From contig JBFMCH010000065.1 of the NCBI GenBank assembly GCA_040754595.1, forward strand, positions 6,270 through 70,269: a stretch of 64,000 nt of DNA, read 5' to 3'. Made by a program: the position numbers and the translations under genes. How positions within the stretch are numbered: the first letter of the stretch is position 1; every line of letters begins with the position of its first letter. The notes beneath the pieces were generated by a model, which was not told the DNA's origin, did not search any database, and saw nothing but the letters and a program-made list of their open reading frames with translations. Source of the stretch: Bacillota bacterium (GTDB taxonomy: Bacteria; Bacillota; Desulfotomaculia; Desulfotomaculales; Desulfotomaculaceae). Shown here piece after piece: positions 62,633 through 64,000 of this stretch.

Positions 62633-62677
62633 CTAAATATGGTATTTCCCGCACCTCCGTTAAGACCGTACGTACAA

Positions 62678-62707
62678 GCACCACCCCCTCCGGTAACTCA
62701 TATCATG
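62678..62707 (+). promoter_or_regulatory. Possible sigmaK promoter of dpaAB
   Basis: GCAC...CATATCATG resembles the sigmaK consensus; dpaAB is sigmaK-dependent in B. subtilis. Confidence 0.35.
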
Positions 62708-62742
62708 TAGTGTGTAATAGATGGTTGAGAGGAGGGGACATC

Positions 62743-63645
62743 ATGCAGCCCGATTTAAATGGGGTGAAGGTGGCTGTCCTGGGTGGTGACGCCAGGGAAA
62801 TTGTGCTGGTCTCTACCTTATCTCGCCTGGGTGCACATGTAAGGGTCGTTGGCCTGCCGGTTAAACAAGATCCCCCGCATGTAATCCATTACCAGAGATT
62901 GGAAGAAGCATTGGCAGATGTTCAGGCAGTCATATTGCCGGTACCAGGCATCCTGGAAGACGGTAATCTTTATTCTGTATATGAAGAGAAGCCTCTGGCA
63001 CTTTCTGAAGCGTTACTGGTTAAGCTGCCTCCCCAGGCCCCCATTTTTGTGGGGTTCGCCCGGCCAAAGCTGAAGGAAATCGTCCAGCGAAGCAATGTAA
63101 AGCTGATCACTGTGCTGGACCTGGATGAAGTGGCCATCCTGAATTCCATTCCTTCGGCGGAAGGGGCCATTCAGATGGCCATGGAGAATACGGCCATTAC
63201 CATTCACAACAGCAAGTCCTTTGTGTTGGGATTTGGCCGCACCGGAGCCAGCATTGCCAGGCTGCTCCATGGCATGGGGGCCAGGGTGACTGTGGTAACC
63301 AGGTCGCCTGCTGACCGGGCCAGGGTCTATGAGATGGGGATGGAGCCTTTATCCTTTGAAGAGCTGCCGGATGCAATTTCCAGGGCGGAGATCATTTTTA
63401 ACACGGTACCTGCGGTTGTATTAAGCAACAGCGTTTTAAGCAAGGCAAGGGAGGACGCAGTAATCATCGATGTGGCTTCCCCGCCGGGCGGCACAGACTT
63501 TGAAGCCGCGGCAAGGTTTGGCATTAAAGCGCTGCTGGCGCCCGGCCTGCCAGGCAAGGTGGCGCCGAAAACCGCCGGTCAAATCTTGTCGAAGGTGATA
63601 CCTTCCCTTTTAGCGCAGGAGTTGGTACGGAAAAACGGACAATAA
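62743..63645 (+). CDS. dpaA: Dipicolinate synthase subunit A
   Basis: LGGDARE, NSIPSAEGAI, LGFGRTG, LAPGLPGKVAPKTAG. Confidence 0.95.
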   Translation: MQPDLNGVKVAVLGGDAREIVLVSTLSRLGAHVRVVGLPVKQDPPHVIHYQRLEEALADVQAVILPVPGILEDGNLYSVYEEKPLALSEALLVKLPPQAPIFVGFARPKLKEIVQRSNVKLITVLDLDEVAILNSIPSAEGAIQMAMENTAITIHNSKSFVLGFGRTGASIARLLHGMGARVTVVTRSPADRARVYEMGMEPLSFEELPDAISRAEIIFNTVPAVVLSNSVLSKAREDAVIIDVASPPGGTDFEAAARFGIKALLAPGLPGKVAPKTAGQILSKVIPSLLAQELVRKNGQ

Positions 63646-63671
63646 AGGAATGGCTTGCGGAGGTGCGGCAT

Positions 63672-64000
63672 ATGCGTTTAAAAGGAATACGTATTGGCTT
63701 TGCCCTGACGGGATCCCACTGTACATTAGATGAAATCATGCCGAAAATTCAGGAGTTAGTGAACGAAGGGGCAGAGGTATTTCCCATTGTAAGTTATGCT
63801 GTTGACAAAATCGACACCCGTTTTGGCACAGCCCGAAAATGGCGTGATCTGCTAAAACAAATCACCGGCAAAGAGCCCATCAATACCGTCAGCGGCGCTG
63901 AACCAGTGGGACCCAAACAATTGGTGGATGTGGTCGTTATTGCCCCCTGCACCGGCAATACCATGGCCAAATTGGCCAACGGAATTACCGATACGCCGGT
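63672..64000 (+). CDS. dpaB: Dipicolinate synthase subunit B (partial)
   Basis: IGFALTGSHCT, IAPCTGNTMAKLANGITDTP; truncated by window end. Confidence 0.95.
   Translation, partial: MRLKGIRIGFALTGSHCTLDEIMPKIQELVNEGAEVFPIVSYAVDKIDTRFGTARKWRDLLKQITGKEPINTVSGAEPVGPKQLVDVVVIAPCTGNTMAKLANGITDTP

Overview
The window is chromosomal DNA from a spore-forming clostridial (Bacillota) bacterium; gene order and sporulation genes suggest a Desulfotomaculum/Desulforamulus-like organism (inference). About 14.5-64 kb is conserved backbone: dprA-topA-trmFO-xerC-hslVU-codY, rpsB-tsf-pyrH-frr-uppS-cdsA-ytvI-dxr-rseP-ispG-proS-ugtP-polC, rimP-nusA-rnpM-ylxQ-infB-rbfA-nrnA-truB-ribF-rpsO-pnp, and sleB-ylxY-M16 peptidase-ymxH-dapB-dpaAB. 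The first 13.4 kb is an accessory ion/anion-transport locus. It has a sigma54 promoter with two palindromic enhancer-like sites, an unannotated 47-aa ORF, a CBS protein, a degenerate HD-like protein, two YafY/WYL-type HTH regulators lacking the WYL domain, a SulP-STAS permease, and a tandemly duplicated DUF2294(MpsC-like)-leader-DASS-ArsB/NhaD module. Three leaders in this locus share an RNA motif whose 3' end overlaps the 5' arm of an intrinsic terminator, the architecture of an ON riboswitch or attenuator; a Na+-sensing DUF1646-type RNA is a candidate but is unverified. Other oddities: a nested inverted-repeat REP/MITE-like element between codY and rpsB; heptamer repeats; a low-GC islet with a frameshifted glycine-zipper bacteriocin-like gene coupled to a 2-TM immunity-like gene; an Ig-like/YkuD-like protein; and a 69-bp tandem repeat in infB. 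No tRNA, rRNA or CRISPR array was recognised. All calls come from reading the sequence; no searches were run.
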